Assembly: GCA_017935865.1 (NCBI GenBank)
Contig: JAGBGT010000011.1
Coordinates: forward strand, 5,461-69,460
DNA: 64,000 nt
Reading direction: 5' to 3'
Origin: Ruminococcus sp.
GTDB taxonomy: Bacteria; Bacillota; Clostridia; Oscillospirales; Ruminococcaceae
Position 1 is the stretch's first letter. Every line of letters starts with the position of its first letter. Below the pieces are notes generated by a model. The model was given only the letters and a program-made list of their open reading frames with translations, did not search any database and was not told where the DNA came from. Position numbers and translations under genes: made by a program. Shown here piece by piece: positions 47,487 through 57,970 of the stretch.

Positions 47487-48512
47487 ATGAAGAAGAATTC
47501 TTTAAGAAGCGCTGTAGCTGCTCTGGCAGTAGCCGCTGTAAGCGTAACAGCAGCTTCTATGAGCGCATTTGCAGCCCCTGAGAATGCTAACTATGGTTTC
47601 ACAGACGCAGAGATCTTAGCTTCCGAGAACAAGCCTTATGTAACACTCACAAAGACGGTTCTCACTATGGATGAGGTTAAGGCAAACGAGAATAAAGTAC
47701 AGATTTCTATGTCTGTTTCCGACGAGGCAAGCAGAAAGTACGCTGCTACTGGTTTCCATGTACACTACGATTCAAGACTGAAGGTAGCTACCGATGAGTT
47801 CGGTCTTGCTATCACTCCTGGTCCTGCTATTGCTCGTATCTCACCCAGCGGCCCTGTAGATGATCCTACGGCTGAAGAGCAGGGTATGAGCGGCTTCTTC
47901 GTATGCTCTTCCGGTAACGCAGACAACGGTATCGGCGGCGTTATGTGGAATGCTGAGATGATTCTCCCTGATGACGTTAAGGAAGGCGACGTTTTCGGTC
48001 TTGATATTTACTACATCGAGTCCACAGTTAACGAGGACCTTTTCACAAACGTTCAGAAGGACAGAACTGGTAACCTGATGCAGGCATGGGTATTCACACG
48101 CGGTATCTACAACGAGCTGTGGAATCCTAACTTCGCCGCTACAGATGACGATATTGCCAAGTGTGCTGCACTGGCAAACATCGACAAGACATACGATGGC
48201 TATATCGCTATTCAGGATGCTCCTCAGACAACTACAACAACTACTGTTGTAACTACAACAACTACAACTGAGGCTCCTGTAATTATCAGCACAACAACTA
48301 CAACTGCTCCTGTTGTTCCCGGAACAACGACATCAACAAGCAAGCCTACAACTAAGCCTGTTACTAAGCCCGCTACAACAAAGAAGGGCGCTGTAACAAC
48401 TAAGCCTGCTGGAAATGCACCTACGACAGGTGTTGCTGGTGTTGGCGTAGCTGCTGCTGGTCTTGCTGTAGCTCTCGGCACTGCATTTGTTCTGAGAAAG
48501 AAGGAAGACTAA
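47487..48512 (+). CDS. scaE: Cell-wall anchoring scaffoldin ScaE
   Basis: Single cohesin (TGFHVHYDSRL), Thr linker, sortase-type signal APTTG + hydrophobic helix + RKKED. Confidence 0.88.
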   Translation: MKKNSLRSAVAALAVAAVSVTAASMSAFAAPENANYGFTDAEILASENKPYVTLTKTVLTMDEVKANENKVQISMSVSDEASRKYAATGFHVHYDSRLKVATDEFGLAITPGPAIARISPSGPVDDPTAEEQGMSGFFVCSSGNADNGIGGVMWNAEMILPDDVKEGDVFGLDIYYIESTVNEDLFTNVQKDRTGNLMQAWVFTRGIYNELWNPNFAATDDDIAKCAALANIDKTYDGYIAIQDAPQTTTTTTVVTTTTTTEAPVIISTTTTTAPVVPGTTTSTSKPTTKPVTKPATTKKGAVTTKPAGNAPTTGVAGVGVAAAGLAVALGTAFVLRKKED

Positions 48513-48542
48513 TTAATTAGTCGACTTATCCAAACTAACAAG

Positions 48543-48577
48543 AACTGCTGCGACGTAATGTTGCAGCAGTTTTTTTG
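48543..48577. terminator. Terminator between scaE and ttcA
   Basis: AACTGCTGCGAC-GTAAT-GTTGCAGCAGTT followed by a T tract. Confidence 0.8.
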
Positions 48578-48583
48578 CGATGA

Positions 48584-49294
48584 TCACCAGTTATCAATAT
48601 TTCCGCGCATCATTGCCCCAAGGATGCGCTCCTTGACTCCGGGGCTGCGATGTTCAAGCTCGTTTATCAGCTCTTTTGTCTGCTGACGGTTTGTGTGCCC
48701 GTCGGCAGGACACCGGGAGTTCACCACAGGCAGTCCGACAGCACGGGCTGCTTTTTTTATCTCCTTTTCGTGGCAGAGAACGAGAGGGCGGATAACCGTC
48801 AGCTTCCTGTCCTCCAGAACGGTGACCGGAGAAAAACAGCCGATCCTGCCTTCGGTAAGCAGATTCATCATGAATGTCTCCACCGCATCCTCCAGATTAT
48901 GCCCGAGGGCGAGCTTGCTGCATCCGATCTCCGACGCGAGACCGTGGAGCGCGCCGCGCCTCATCCGGGCACAAAGACTGCACGGCGATTTCTCCCGGCG
49001 GATGTCGAAAACGATCTCTCCGATATGCGTGGGCAGAAGATGATACTCTATACCACGACTTTGGCAAAACTCCGAAACAGCCGAAAAATCGCCGGGAACT
49101 CCGCCAAACTGCGGATCTGCGGTGACTGCGGCTATCTCGAACTCAACGCCGAGAAATTTCCGCAGGCGGAAAAGTCCCTCCAGCAGAACGAAACTGTCCT
49201 TGCCGCCGGAAACTCCTACCGCGATCTTATCTCCTGGCGAGATCATGTCATACCTTTGAACTGCCTTTCTCATGTTGCCAAGTACACGCTGCAT
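48584..49294 (-). CDS. ttcA: tRNA 2-thiocytidine biosynthesis protein TtcA family
   Basis: SGGKDS PP-loop, CSLCARMRRG, LGH..D..ET, IRPL, CP. Confidence 0.85.
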   Translation of the reverse strand: MQRVLGNMRKAVQRYDMISPGDKIAVGVSGGKDSFVLLEGLFRLRKFLGVEFEIAAVTADPQFGGVPGDFSAVSEFCQSRGIEYHLLPTHIGEIVFDIRREKSPCSLCARMRRGALHGLASEIGCSKLALGHNLEDAVETFMMNLLTEGRIGCFSPVTVLEDRKLTVIRPLVLCHEKEIKKAARAVGLPVVNSRCPADGHTNRQQTKELINELEHRSPGVKERILGAMMRGNIDNW

Positions 49295-49432
49295 ACTGAA
49301 AAATCCCCCAAAAAATAAATTTCTAACACTAATTATACAGCAAAATAGATAAATTTTCAAGAAGATATTGCAAAATCCGGAAAAATAATATATAATGTAT
49401 AGTGGATTGTTGTAAAGGAAAGGACTGATAGC

Positions 49433-49888
49433 ATGACACCTCAGATGAGAAATCTTTTGATATTATTAGGAGCGATCGCGGTCGTTCTGGTACTCGTGGT
49501 GCTTCTCTTCGGCGGAAAAAGCCCGTTTATGCGCCTTATGAACGTATTTCTGGAGGAGACCGACGAAAGCGGCGTTCCCGTGAAAAAGGGAAAGAAGAAA
49601 AAGGAAGAGCCTGTGCAGAAAAATACGTCTCAGCCCATTGTTGAGATGGCGGAGCTGGTGCGGAAGCGCGACGACCGCCTGCGGATAATCGAGAGCGACG
49701 GCAGGGAAGAGCTGGTGGACGCATATTATGAGCTGGAATTTATCACGCGGAAAGGGCAGACCCTGAAAATCCAGTGCTCCGATAAGGCATACGGGAAAAT
49801 TCCTTTTGGACAGCAGGGTTCGCTGACTTACAAGCGGAACACGCTGGTGAAATTCAAATACTATGAGGATACAGTTTTCAATGATTGA
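49433..49888 (+). CDS. Membrane-anchored hypothetical protein (DUF2500-like OB fold)
   Basis: N-terminal TM helix; YYELEF...Y..IP.G..G.L.Y pattern. Confidence 0.55.
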   Translation: MTPQMRNLLILLGAIAVVLVLVVLLFGGKSPFMRLMNVFLEETDESGVPVKKGKKKKEEPVQKNTSQPIVEMAELVRKRDDRLRIIESDGREELVDAYYELEFITRKGQTLKIQCSDKAYGKIPFGQQGSLTYKRNTLVKFKYYEDTVFND

Positions 49889-49898
49889 CAGGTGAATT

Positions 49899-50570
49899 AT
49901 GGTTAAATTTGATAACGATTGGGACGAGCTTTTAAATGGCGAGTTCGACAAGGAATACTATTTAAATCTCCGAAAATTTCTGATTTCCGAGTACAGAACG
50001 CAGAGGATCTTTCCCGGAATGTACGATATTTTCAACGCTATGAAGCTTACGGCGTATGACAGCGTGAAGTGCGTGATTATCGGGCAGGATCCCTACCATG
50101 GTGAGGGACAGGCTCACGGACTCAGCTTCTCCGTGCGGAAAGGCGTCACACCGCCGCCGTCTCTGGTCAATATTTTCAAGGAGATCCGCGACGACCTCGG
50201 CATCGACAACACCGGCAGACACGGTGAATTGACGAAATGGGCGGAAAGCGGCGTCCTGCTGCTCAATTCCGTGCTTACCGTCCGGGCAAATCAGCCCAGA
50301 AGCCACCGGGGCATGGGCTGGGAAAATTTTACCACGGATGTTATAAAGCTCCTGAACCAGCGTGAAAAGCCCATGGTTTTCATGCTCTGGGGCGCTGACG
50401 CAAGGGCAAAGAAGCAGTTTATCACGAATCCGAACCACCTTATCCTGGAGGCGGCGCATCCCAGTCCGCTTTCGGCGTACAACGGCTTTTTCGGATGCAG
50501 GCATTTTTCAAAGGCAAATGATTTCCTACGCAGCAATGGGCTGGAGGAGATCGAATGGTCAATAGATTAG
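49899..50570 (+). CDS. ung: Uracil-DNA glycosylase
   Basis: GQDPYH, AHGLSFS, PPSL.NI, GVLLLN, HPSPLS. Confidence 0.96.
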   Translation: MVKFDNDWDELLNGEFDKEYYLNLRKFLISEYRTQRIFPGMYDIFNAMKLTAYDSVKCVIIGQDPYHGEGQAHGLSFSVRKGVTPPPSLVNIFKEIRDDLGIDNTGRHGELTKWAESGVLLLNSVLTVRANQPRSHRGMGWENFTTDVIKLLNQREKPMVFMLWGADARAKKQFITNPNHLILEAAHPSPLSAYNGFFGCRHFSKANDFLRSNGLEEIEWSID

Positions 50571-50579
50571 GAGAAAAAA

Positions 50580-51440
50580 ATGAAGATAAGAGAAATTTTT
50601 AATGAAAAAACAGTCTATTCCTTTGAAGTTTTTCCTCCTAAGTCAACCAGTTCCGTTGACGTAATTTACCACACCCTTGATGAGCTGAACGACCTGGACC
50701 CCGACTTTATCAGCGTGACCTACAGCGCCGGAGGAAGCGGCAACAGCAGCCTGGCGCTGGACATCGCCTCACGGATAAAGAGCTGCGGCAGGATCCCCGT
50801 TCTGCACCTACCCTGCATCAACTACACAAAAGAGCAGATCGACCAGACGCTGGAGGCGGCGAAGCGGCTGGGTATTGAAAATATTCTCGCCCTCCGCGGC
50901 GATATTAACCCGGATATTCCCCCGGTGGAGGAGTTCCGGCACGCCAGCGACCTGATCCGCTACCTGAAAACGAGGGGCGATTTTGACATAGCCGCCGCCT
51001 GCTATCCTGAGGGACACCCGGATTCGGATACGCTGGAGGAGGACGTGGACAACCTGAAGATCAAGGTGGAGGCAGGCGCAGATCACCTAATATCACAGCT
51101 TTTCTTTGACAATGAATATTTTTATAATTTCCGCGATCTGGCGGCGAAAAAGGGGATAAATGTCCCGATCGAAGCCGGAATTATGCCGGTTACGAATAAA
51201 AAGCAGATAGAGCGCATGGTCACCACCTGCGGCGCGAGTCTGCCGAGAAAATTTGTCAAGGTGATGCAGCGGTACGAGAATAATCCGGAGGCGCTGCGTG
51301 ATGCAGGCATCGCCTACGCTATCGACCAGGTAGTCGATCTGGCGGCGGACAATGCTGACGGAATACATCTGTATACTATGAATAATTCCTACGTGGCAAG
51401 AAAAATCAGCGAGGCAGTTAAAGGGATAATCGGAACATGA
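50580..51440 (+). CDS. metF: 5,10-methylenetetrahydrofolate reductase
   Basis: SFEVFPPK, SVTY.AGG, LALRGD, YPEGHP, SQLFFDN, H.YTMN. Confidence 0.94.
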   Translation: MKIREIFNEKTVYSFEVFPPKSTSSVDVIYHTLDELNDLDPDFISVTYSAGGSGNSSLALDIASRIKSCGRIPVLHLPCINYTKEQIDQTLEAAKRLGIENILALRGDINPDIPPVEEFRHASDLIRYLKTRGDFDIAAACYPEGHPDSDTLEEDVDNLKIKVEAGADHLISQLFFDNEYFYNFRDLAAKKGINVPIEAGIMPVTNKKQIERMVTTCGASLPRKFVKVMQRYENNPEALRDAGIAYAIDQVVDLAADNADGIHLYTMNNSYVARKISEAVKGIIGT

Positions 51441-52120
51441 TAGAGTTAGAGCCTATTTCCAAGGCGGAGGCTGCCCGGTACATGGGCGTAAGGGCGGAGA
51501 CGCCAGACCCTGCAACTGCGGCTCTCCTGGATAAATATGAGCCGCTGGTACGCGATACGCTTCGCCCGGCATACGTTTATCGCGAGACTGCCGTCGCCTT
51601 TCTCCCGGAAGGAGTGAAGCTGGAGGGCATGGCGGAGATGCTGACCGGGGAGGACATCCGACGGCATCTGGAGGGATGTCCGCGATGCGTGGTGCTTGCT
51701 GCCACGGTCTCTACGGCGGCGGACAGGCTTATCCGGCAGACGGCGGTCACAGATACCGCCGGAGCTTTTGCGGTGGACTGTCTATGCAGCGCGGCTGTGG
51801 AACAGGTATGCCGGAAAGCGGAGGAGGAGATCTTTGCCGATATTCAGGAAAAATTCCGGACATGGCGTTTTTCTCCGGGCTACGGCGATCTGCCCCTGGA
51901 ATTGCAGGGTGCATTTCTAAGCTTTGTCAATGCGCAGCGGCGGATAGGGCTGACGGTTTCTGAGAGCTGTATGCTCAATCCAACAAAATCCGTAACGGCA
52001 TTGATCGGAATATGCGGAGCTGAGCCGGCACATCGTGAAAGCGGCTGCGCGGTCTGCTCGCTGAGGGATAGGTGCGGACATGATATATGCAGCAGATCTT
52101 CCAAGGATAGGGTGCGTTGA
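51437..52120 (+). CDS. Stand-alone B12-dependent methionine synthase activation domain
   Basis: RFSPGYGDLP, IGLT.....L.P.KSVTA.IG, C-terminal CxxC. Confidence 0.85.
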   Translation: MIELEPISKAEAARYMGVRAETPDPATAALLDKYEPLVRDTLRPAYVYRETAVAFLPEGVKLEGMAEMLTGEDIRRHLEGCPRCVVLAATVSTAADRLIRQTAVTDTAGAFAVDCLCSAAVEQVCRKAEEEIFADIQEKFRTWRFSPGYGDLPLELQGAFLSFVNAQRRIGLTVSESCMLNPTKSVTALIGICGAEPAHRESGCAVCSLRDRCGHDICSRSSKDRVR

Positions 52121-52313
52121 GCGGTAGTTTCAACGCACCCTAATACAAACTGAAAATATTTCCCAAAAATTCACTCTACGTATTATGAAAAATCACTATT
52201 GACAAGGACTGCTGAATGATGATATAATATATATGTATAATAATGCGTCATGATTTTGTCCCATTCTCTCACGGGACAAAATGGGATAGAACGAGAAAAT
52301 AAGGAGTTTTATT

Positions 52314-53705
52314 ATGAAAAAGACCAAGGCGTTTATATGTGCCATTCTTGCGCTGGCATCAACTCTCGCAGTAACGGGCTGCGGCAAGGAAGAGGATTCC
52401 TCCTCCGAAAATCCCTTTGCCAACTTCGACTTCTCTGAGGAGGGCCGTAAGCAGATCAAGGAATATGCTCAGGCTTCTGACCTCTTTACCGTCAAGGAGC
52501 TGGAAAACAAGAAGATAAAGTGGCTTTCCGACTGGGATATCAAGCCTACCGAGAAAGTAGTTTTTGAGGAGATGTACGGCGGCGAGGTCGAGTGGATACA
52601 GTGTACTTTCGCCAACAGATACGAGAAGCTGGCTGAGCTTATCAACAGCGGCGACGGCGTCGATATGTTCTACGCCGGAAATATGGACGCTTTCCCCAAG
52701 GGCGCTGTCCGCGGAATGTTCGCTCCCGTTGACGACCATATCGACTTCAGTTCGCCTCTCTGGGAGGACGTCCAGGAGGTAAACGACAGCCTCATCTGGG
52801 ACGGCAATCACTACTGTACAGTAGTTCAGACCACAGGCGACAAGGTTGCCTGCGTGTACAATAAAAAGACTATTGCGGAAGCCGGTCTCGAAGACCCTGC
52901 TGACCTCTATGAAAGAGGCGAGTGGGATTGGAACGCCTTTGAGAGTATGCTCCAGAGTTTCGTGGACGTTGAGAATCAGCACTACGGCATCGACGGCTGG
53001 TGGTATGAGTTCGCGCTCATGGCGACTACCGGTGTTCCGCCTGTAACTATCGAGGACGGCAAGCTGGTGAGCAATATCGGCGACCCGGCAATGGAGCGCG
53101 TCCAGGACTATATGTTTGACCTGAACCAGACGGGCTGCATCGCTATCGGTGTAGGCGACTACGGCTGGACTGCTCATCCCGAGTTTGTGGGAGAGGGCAA
53201 GGTGCTCTTCTATCCTGTGGGTCTGTACACGTTCTATACGGACGCAGAGGACTGGAAGGGACAGTTCGGCGAGGACGCATTCTTCGTTCCCATGCCGAAA
53301 GACCCAAATGCAGACGATTACTATGTGCCTGTAGGTATGGAGGCTTATACGCTGATAAAGGGCGCTTCAAATCCCGAGGGCGTAGCGCGCTACCTGGACT
53401 GCAAGCGTTTCACGATCCTGGACGAGGGCACAAAGGCTCTTGCGGATAAGCAGTTCAAGGAGGACTACGGCTGGACTGACGAAATGGTCAAGATGCAGAA
53501 GAGTATGCAGGAGCTTGCGGACGAGAATCCTTTCCTGGACATTTCTACGGGAATTTCCACGGACTGCGGAACTCTGCTCGACTCCAACCTGAGACTCTCT
53601 GCAAAGGGAACGCCCTGGAATGAGACATACGAGGCGATCTATGCAACTCTCGATACATACCTTGAAGAGATCAACGCGAACCCTGTTGCCAGCGTTGTGG
53701 AATGA
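52314..53705 (+). CDS. ABC transporter sugar-binding lipoprotein
   Basis: Lipobox VTGC; YNK......GLEDP..LY..GEWDW; VPMPK. Confidence 0.8.
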   Translation: MKKTKAFICAILALASTLAVTGCGKEEDSSSENPFANFDFSEEGRKQIKEYAQASDLFTVKELENKKIKWLSDWDIKPTEKVVFEEMYGGEVEWIQCTFANRYEKLAELINSGDGVDMFYAGNMDAFPKGAVRGMFAPVDDHIDFSSPLWEDVQEVNDSLIWDGNHYCTVVQTTGDKVACVYNKKTIAEAGLEDPADLYERGEWDWNAFESMLQSFVDVENQHYGIDGWWYEFALMATTGVPPVTIEDGKLVSNIGDPAMERVQDYMFDLNQTGCIAIGVGDYGWTAHPEFVGEGKVLFYPVGLYTFYTDAEDWKGQFGEDAFFVPMPKDPNADDYYVPVGMEAYTLIKGASNPEGVARYLDCKRFTILDEGTKALADKQFKEDYGWTDEMVKMQKSMQELADENPFLDISTGISTDCGTLLDSNLRLSAKGTPWNETYEAIYATLDTYLEEINANPVASVVE

Positions 53706-53747
53706 TAATGATTTGATTTAACAGCTACAGAAAGGATGGTGTGAATA

Positions 53748-54707
53748 ATGCAGAATGTTCTTGTAACAGGCGGATGCGGACTTATCGGAAAGCACATCTG
53801 CTCGGGATTGCTCAAAAAAGGCTATGCGGTCATCGCAGCCGACATTGAAGAGCAGGATTACAATACAGGCAAGCTTAATTATACCTTCGTTCAGTGCAGA
53901 CCCTCCGATAAAAACGGATATGCCGACATTTTTGAAAACTACCCGATATACGCCGTGATACACGTTGCCAATACCGTTGATAACGACCTCGGACCTATTG
54001 TTACCGAAAAGGAGATGGAGGAGTCCCGGCAGTGCGATAAATTCATTTACCGCTATGCTATGACGACCGAGACCGTGGAGAAGTTTATTCTCGTCAGCAC
54101 GGATAAGGTTTACGACTTTCCAAAGACCCGTGAGCCGATCCGCGAGGACTCGGACATAAAGACCACGTCCAACTATGCCGTAATGAAATACGCTTCGGAA
54201 AAGGCACTTGTGGCTGAAATGCAGCATCACAAGAAGGTGATGTGCTGTATCTGCCGTGTATCTCCGGTATATACGCTGAATTTTTACGATAATCTCATTT
54301 CAAAGATAACAGACCCCAAGGACGGCACGAAGTTTGTTTCCGGAAAGGGACAGTACGGATTCCAGTTGTGCTGTGTTCACAATCTTGTTGATTTTATTCT
54401 TTGTTTCGTGAAAAATGCCGATGATATGCAGTTTGCGGGAATTTACAATGTAAGCGACAAGCTGCTGACGACGGCTGCGGATATTATATCTTTCATGAGA
54501 GAGCATCACACCCTTGGCACGGTTCTCCAGAGGACTCCGGGCGGCGGTGCGTTGACGAAGATAAAGGGGATGTTCGGCGGAAATAAGGAAGAAAAGACGA
54601 ATTACCGCTATCTTGACATGAGCAAGCTGGAGAATAATAATATGCTTGACAACACAAGAGCGATGAAGCTGGCGAATTTCCGCTGGGATATCAATAATAC
54701 TAAGTAA
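53748..54707 (+). CDS. NAD-dependent epimerase/dehydratase family
   Basis: VTGGCGLIG, ST..VY, YAVMK. Confidence 0.85.
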   Translation: MQNVLVTGGCGLIGKHICSGLLKKGYAVIAADIEEQDYNTGKLNYTFVQCRPSDKNGYADIFENYPIYAVIHVANTVDNDLGPIVTEKEMEESRQCDKFIYRYAMTTETVEKFILVSTDKVYDFPKTREPIREDSDIKTTSNYAVMKYASEKALVAEMQHHKKVMCCICRVSPVYTLNFYDNLISKITDPKDGTKFVSGKGQYGFQLCCVHNLVDFILCFVKNADDMQFAGIYNVSDKLLTTAADIISFMREHHTLGTVLQRTPGGGALTKIKGMFGGNKEEKTNYRYLDMSKLENNNMLDNTRAMKLANFRWDINNTK

Positions 54708-54747
54708 GAGAAAGGGCTGATGCGGTTGCATCAGCCCAAGTTTTAAC

Positions 54748-54849
54748 ACCGGGTTTCCAAAGGGACATTGCCCCTTTTGAAACCCGGTTTTATCGACCTG
54801 CGGTCGACTTGGGGCGCTGCCCCATGCCCCTTTTATCGGCTTCGCCGAT
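54748..54849. repeat. Mosaic hairpin repeat, copy 2
   Basis: GGGTTTCCAAAGGGACATTGCCCCTTTTGAAACCC, TCGACCTGCGGTCGA, GGGGCGCTGCCCC, ATCGGCTTCGCCGAT. Confidence 0.8.
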
Positions 54850-55091
54850 TACTCCACGACAACATAATTATCCGCCGCATTTTCCTTTGTGGCATATTCC
54901 GTAACGTTCAACACCTTGACTTTCAGCGGATGCGCGCCCATGTTTATCTCAATAATGTCGCCCACCTTAACATTATATGACGCTCTGGCGGTTTTCCCGT
55001 TCACCACGATCTTCTCCGCATCGCAGGCGTCGTTGGCAACTGTTCTGCGCTTGATAAGCCGTGTGACTTTCAGGTATTTATCCAATCTCAT
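54849..55091 (-). CDS. yabO: S4-domain RNA-binding protein YabO/RqcP (Hsp15 family)
   Basis: MRLDKYLKV.RLIKRRTVA...C; syntenic with hup and mazG. Confidence 0.9.
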   Translation of the reverse strand: MRLDKYLKVTRLIKRRTVANDACDAEKIVVNGKTARASYNVKVGDIIEINMGAHPLKVKVLNVTEYATKENAADNYVVVE

Positions 55092-55189
55092 TTTCTCATC
55101 TCCCTTGAAGCCTGAATTAACAGGCGTTTATAGTACAGAAAAGGCTGCCACAGAAAAATTGCAGCAGCCCGTTTAGCGTAATCCGGAAA

Positions 55190-55465
55190 TTACTTGTTAA
55201 CAGCGTCCTTGAGAGACTTGCCAGCCTTGAAAGCAGGTGCCTTGCTGGGAGCGCAAACCATCTTCTCCTTTGTTCTGGGGTTGATGCAGGTCTTTTCGCC
55301 GCGCTCACGAACCTCAAATGTGCCGAAGCCTGTGATAGAAACCTTTTCGCCGTTAATGAGAGCTTCTTCGATCGCTGCTATTGTAGCGTCCAGAGCGGAA
55401 GCAGCGTCCTTCTTTGTGCAGTTAGCTTTATCTGCGATAGAATTAATAAGTTCTGTTTTAGTCAT
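55190..55465 (-). CDS. hup: DNA-binding protein HU
   Basis: M.KTELI, GFGTFEVR.R...NPRT, PAFKAGK.LKDAV. Confidence 0.95.
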   Translation of the reverse strand: MTKTELINSIADKANCTKKDAASALDATIAAIEEALINGEKVSITGFGTFEVRERGEKTCINPRTKEKMVCAPSKAPAFKAGKSLKDAVNK

Positions 55466-56276
55466 TTTCCTTTTCCTCCATAATAATATTCTTTGCTTTG
55501 TCCCAGTAAATATCCAGCTCTTCGATGGGCATTTCTTTCATATCCAGATCCTCCCCCCGGACAAGCTCCTCTGTAACGGCAAATCGCCGGATAAACTTGT
55601 CGGTGGACGCTCTCAGAGCCTCCTCGGCGTTGATCCCAAGGTGACGTGCGGCGTTTACGCAGGAGAACAGCAGGTCGCCCAGCTCCTCCTCGGTATTTGC
55701 CTTGTCACCGGCTGCGATCGCCTTGTCCAGTTCCGCTTTTTCGTTTGCGATACAAGCGACGGCATCCTCTGCACAGCGGAAATCCATGCCTGCCCTCATT
55801 GCGCGCTTGCCCACCTTCTGCGCCCTCATAAGAGCCGGCAGGGTCTTGGCAACGCTTGTAAGGGTATCTGTGTAGAGTTCCTGTCCTTTGGTCTCCATTT
55901 TAATGGAATCCCAGTTCTGCAAAACCTGATCTACCGAATCCGTCTTTACTTCCCCGAAAACGTGAGGATGGCGGACGATAAGCTTCTTGCAGACTTCGTC
56001 GCACACGTCGCCGAAGTCGAAGCTGTTCCTCTCCTCCTCTATGCGGCTGTGAAAGACGACCTGGAGCAGCACGTCGCCGAGTTCCTCACGGAGCAAAGCG
56101 GCATCCGCCAGGTCGATAGCCTCCAGCACTTCGCAGGTCTCCTCCAGAAAATCGCTTCTTATGGACTCATGAGTCTGTTCGCGGTCCCAGGGGCAGCCGC
56201 CCTCGCCGCGGAGAAGCCGGACGATGTCAAGCAGATCTCCGATAGAATATTTATCCTTCTGCTGATATTCAACCAT
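55458..56276 (-). CDS. mazG: MazG nucleoside triphosphate pyrophosphohydrolase
   Basis: LR..GGCPWDREQT, EELGDVLLQVVFH, K.I.RHPHVF, second EELGDLLF. Confidence 0.93.
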   Translation of the reverse strand: MVEYQQKDKYSIGDLLDIVRLLRGEGGCPWDREQTHESIRSDFLEETCEVLEAIDLADAALLREELGDVLLQVVFHSRIEEERNSFDFGDVCDEVCKKLIVRHPHVFGEVKTDSVDQVLQNWDSIKMETKGQELYTDTLTSVAKTLPALMRAQKVGKRAMRAGMDFRCAEDAVACIANEKAELDKAIAAGDKANTEEELGDLLFSCVNAARHLGINAEEALRASTDKFIRRFAVTEELVRGEDLDMKEMPIEELDIYWDKAKNIIMEEKEND

Positions 56277-56420
56277 AGAAAAAGCACTTCCTCTATAATA
56301 CCGCAAAAATCCGCAAAATGCAAGAATTTTTTCAAATTTCGTAGGGTTCACGGAATACGGCAGCTATAATTTGTAATAATTGTATATTTTGACAATAGCC
56401 CTACTCGCGCGGTGCTGCCT

Positions 56421-57419
56421 TTATCGGGCGTCCACGAAGCCGACCTTGCGGTAGACCTTGGAAAGAGTCCGCTGGGAGTATTTCAGAGCCTTTTCTGCGC
56501 CGGCGGTGTAACATTCTTTCAGGAAAGCCTTGTCCTGGGAAATACGGGCAAATTCCGTCCGCACCGGTTCAAGATGATCTGCGACAGCCTCGCCTACGGC
56601 AAGCTTGAAGTCGCCGTAGCCCTTTCCGGCAAATTCCGATTCGATAGCAGCGAAATCCTTGCCGGTCACGCTGGAGTAAATGGTCATCAGGTTGTTGATG
56701 CCGTCCTTGCCCTCGCGGTAGACCACCTCAGCCTCGCTGTCCGTAACTGCTCTCTTGAATTTTCGGATGATAGTGTCCTTATCGTCCAGAATGAGAATGA
56801 CCGCATTTGGATTGTCGTCGGACTTGGACATCTTCTTCGCAGGGTCCTGGAGCGACATTACCTTTGCGCCGACCTTGGGAATATACGCCTCGGGAACAGT
56901 GAAAAAGTCTCCGTAGCGCTGGTTGAACCGCTGCGCCACGTTCCTCGCCAGCTCCAGATGCTGCTTCTGGTCAACGCCTACGGGAACGAGATCCGCATTG
57001 TAGGCGAGAATATCCGCTGCCATAAGGGAGGGATATGTAAAAAGTCCTGCGTTTATATCATCGGGGTGCTTCTGGCTCTTGTCCTTGAACTGAGTCATAC
57101 GTGAAAGCTCGCCGAACTGCGTATTGCAGCAGAGGATCCAGTTAAGCTCCGCGTGTGTCTTTACGTGGCTCTGGATAAAGAGTATGGATTTCTCCGGGTC
57201 GATGCCGCACGCCATGAGCAGGGCGTAGGAGTTAAGGGTATTCTGCCTCAGCTTGGCAGGGTCCTGGCGAACCGTGATCGCGTGCATATCAACAACGCAG
57301 TAGATGCAGTTGTATTCATCCTGGAGCGGTCCCCAGTTGCGTACAGCGCCGATATAGTTGCCGAGGGTGAATGTGCCGGTGGGCTGGATGCCGCTGAAAA
57401 TAAGCTTCTTATCGTTCAT
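56421..57419 (-). CDS. trpS: Tryptophanyl-tRNA synthetase
   Basis: SGIQPTG, TLGN (HIGH variant), VPVG.DQ.QH, KMSKS. Confidence 0.96.
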   Translation of the reverse strand: MNDKKLIFSGIQPTGTFTLGNYIGAVRNWGPLQDEYNCIYCVVDMHAITVRQDPAKLRQNTLNSYALLMACGIDPEKSILFIQSHVKTHAELNWILCCNTQFGELSRMTQFKDKSQKHPDDINAGLFTYPSLMAADILAYNADLVPVGVDQKQHLELARNVAQRFNQRYGDFFTVPEAYIPKVGAKVMSLQDPAKKMSKSDDNPNAVILILDDKDTIIRKFKRAVTDSEAEVVYREGKDGINNLMTIYSSVTGKDFAAIESEFAGKGYGDFKLAVGEAVADHLEPVRTEFARISQDKAFLKECYTAGAEKALKYSQRTLSKVYRKVGFVDAR

Positions 57420-57433
57420 TTCCGGTCAGCTCC

Positions 57434-57949
57434 TCAGGAATTTGCCTTGCGTCTGTCGGCTTCGTCCTTGAGCTGGCAGCTTCTCAGCTCCGCCATAACT
57501 TTCTGGTAGAGCACGTAGATAGTGCGCTTCTCGACCTCGTTCTCGGGAATAATTCCGGGAGCAAATTCTGTTTTGTATATTCCGTCCTTTGTCAGCAGGA
57601 AAACGTTCTGCGTTCTTCCCGTAGGCAGGTCGAACTTGGTCGTTTTTTCGCACTTAGGCAGCAGGTGATTGCAGCCGGCAACCAGGTTGTGAGACGCCTG
57701 AACAAGGTTTCTGTACTTCTGGGCAGCGCCTGTGTACTCGCCGCCGTGGTTGAAGTAGAGGTTGGCAGCTCCGTTGATGAAGCAGACCATAGTTGTGAGC
57801 ACGTTGTTGGGCATGGGAATGTCGATGACAACGCCGAAAACGTCGTTCTTCCTGAAATTTCCCTTGAAAAATCCTGCCGGGAAGTTGAGAGCCTGACTTC
57901 TTGTCATCAGGTACTTCTGAGTAACCGGGTATCTGTCTGTTCTTGCCAT
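57434..57949 (-). CDS. Conserved hypothetical protein
   Basis: Host-like codon usage, AAAGGAA RBS, lies in an operon between the aminotransferase and trpS. Confidence 0.7.
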   Translation of the reverse strand: MARTDRYPVTQKYLMTRSQALNFPAGFFKGNFRKNDVFGVVIDIPMPNNVLTTMVCFINGAANLYFNHGGEYTGAAQKYRNLVQASHNLVAGCNHLLPKCEKTTKFDLPTGRTQNVFLLTKDGIYKTEFAPGIIPENEVEKRTIYVLYQKVMAELRSCQLKDEADRRKANS

Positions 57950-57970
57950 AATAAAATTCCTTTCAGTAAT

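Noticed and set aside
50500-57450. SAM riboswitch before metF or T-box before trpS
   Set aside because: Both genes are internal to operons with intergenic gaps under 15 bp, leaving no room for a leader
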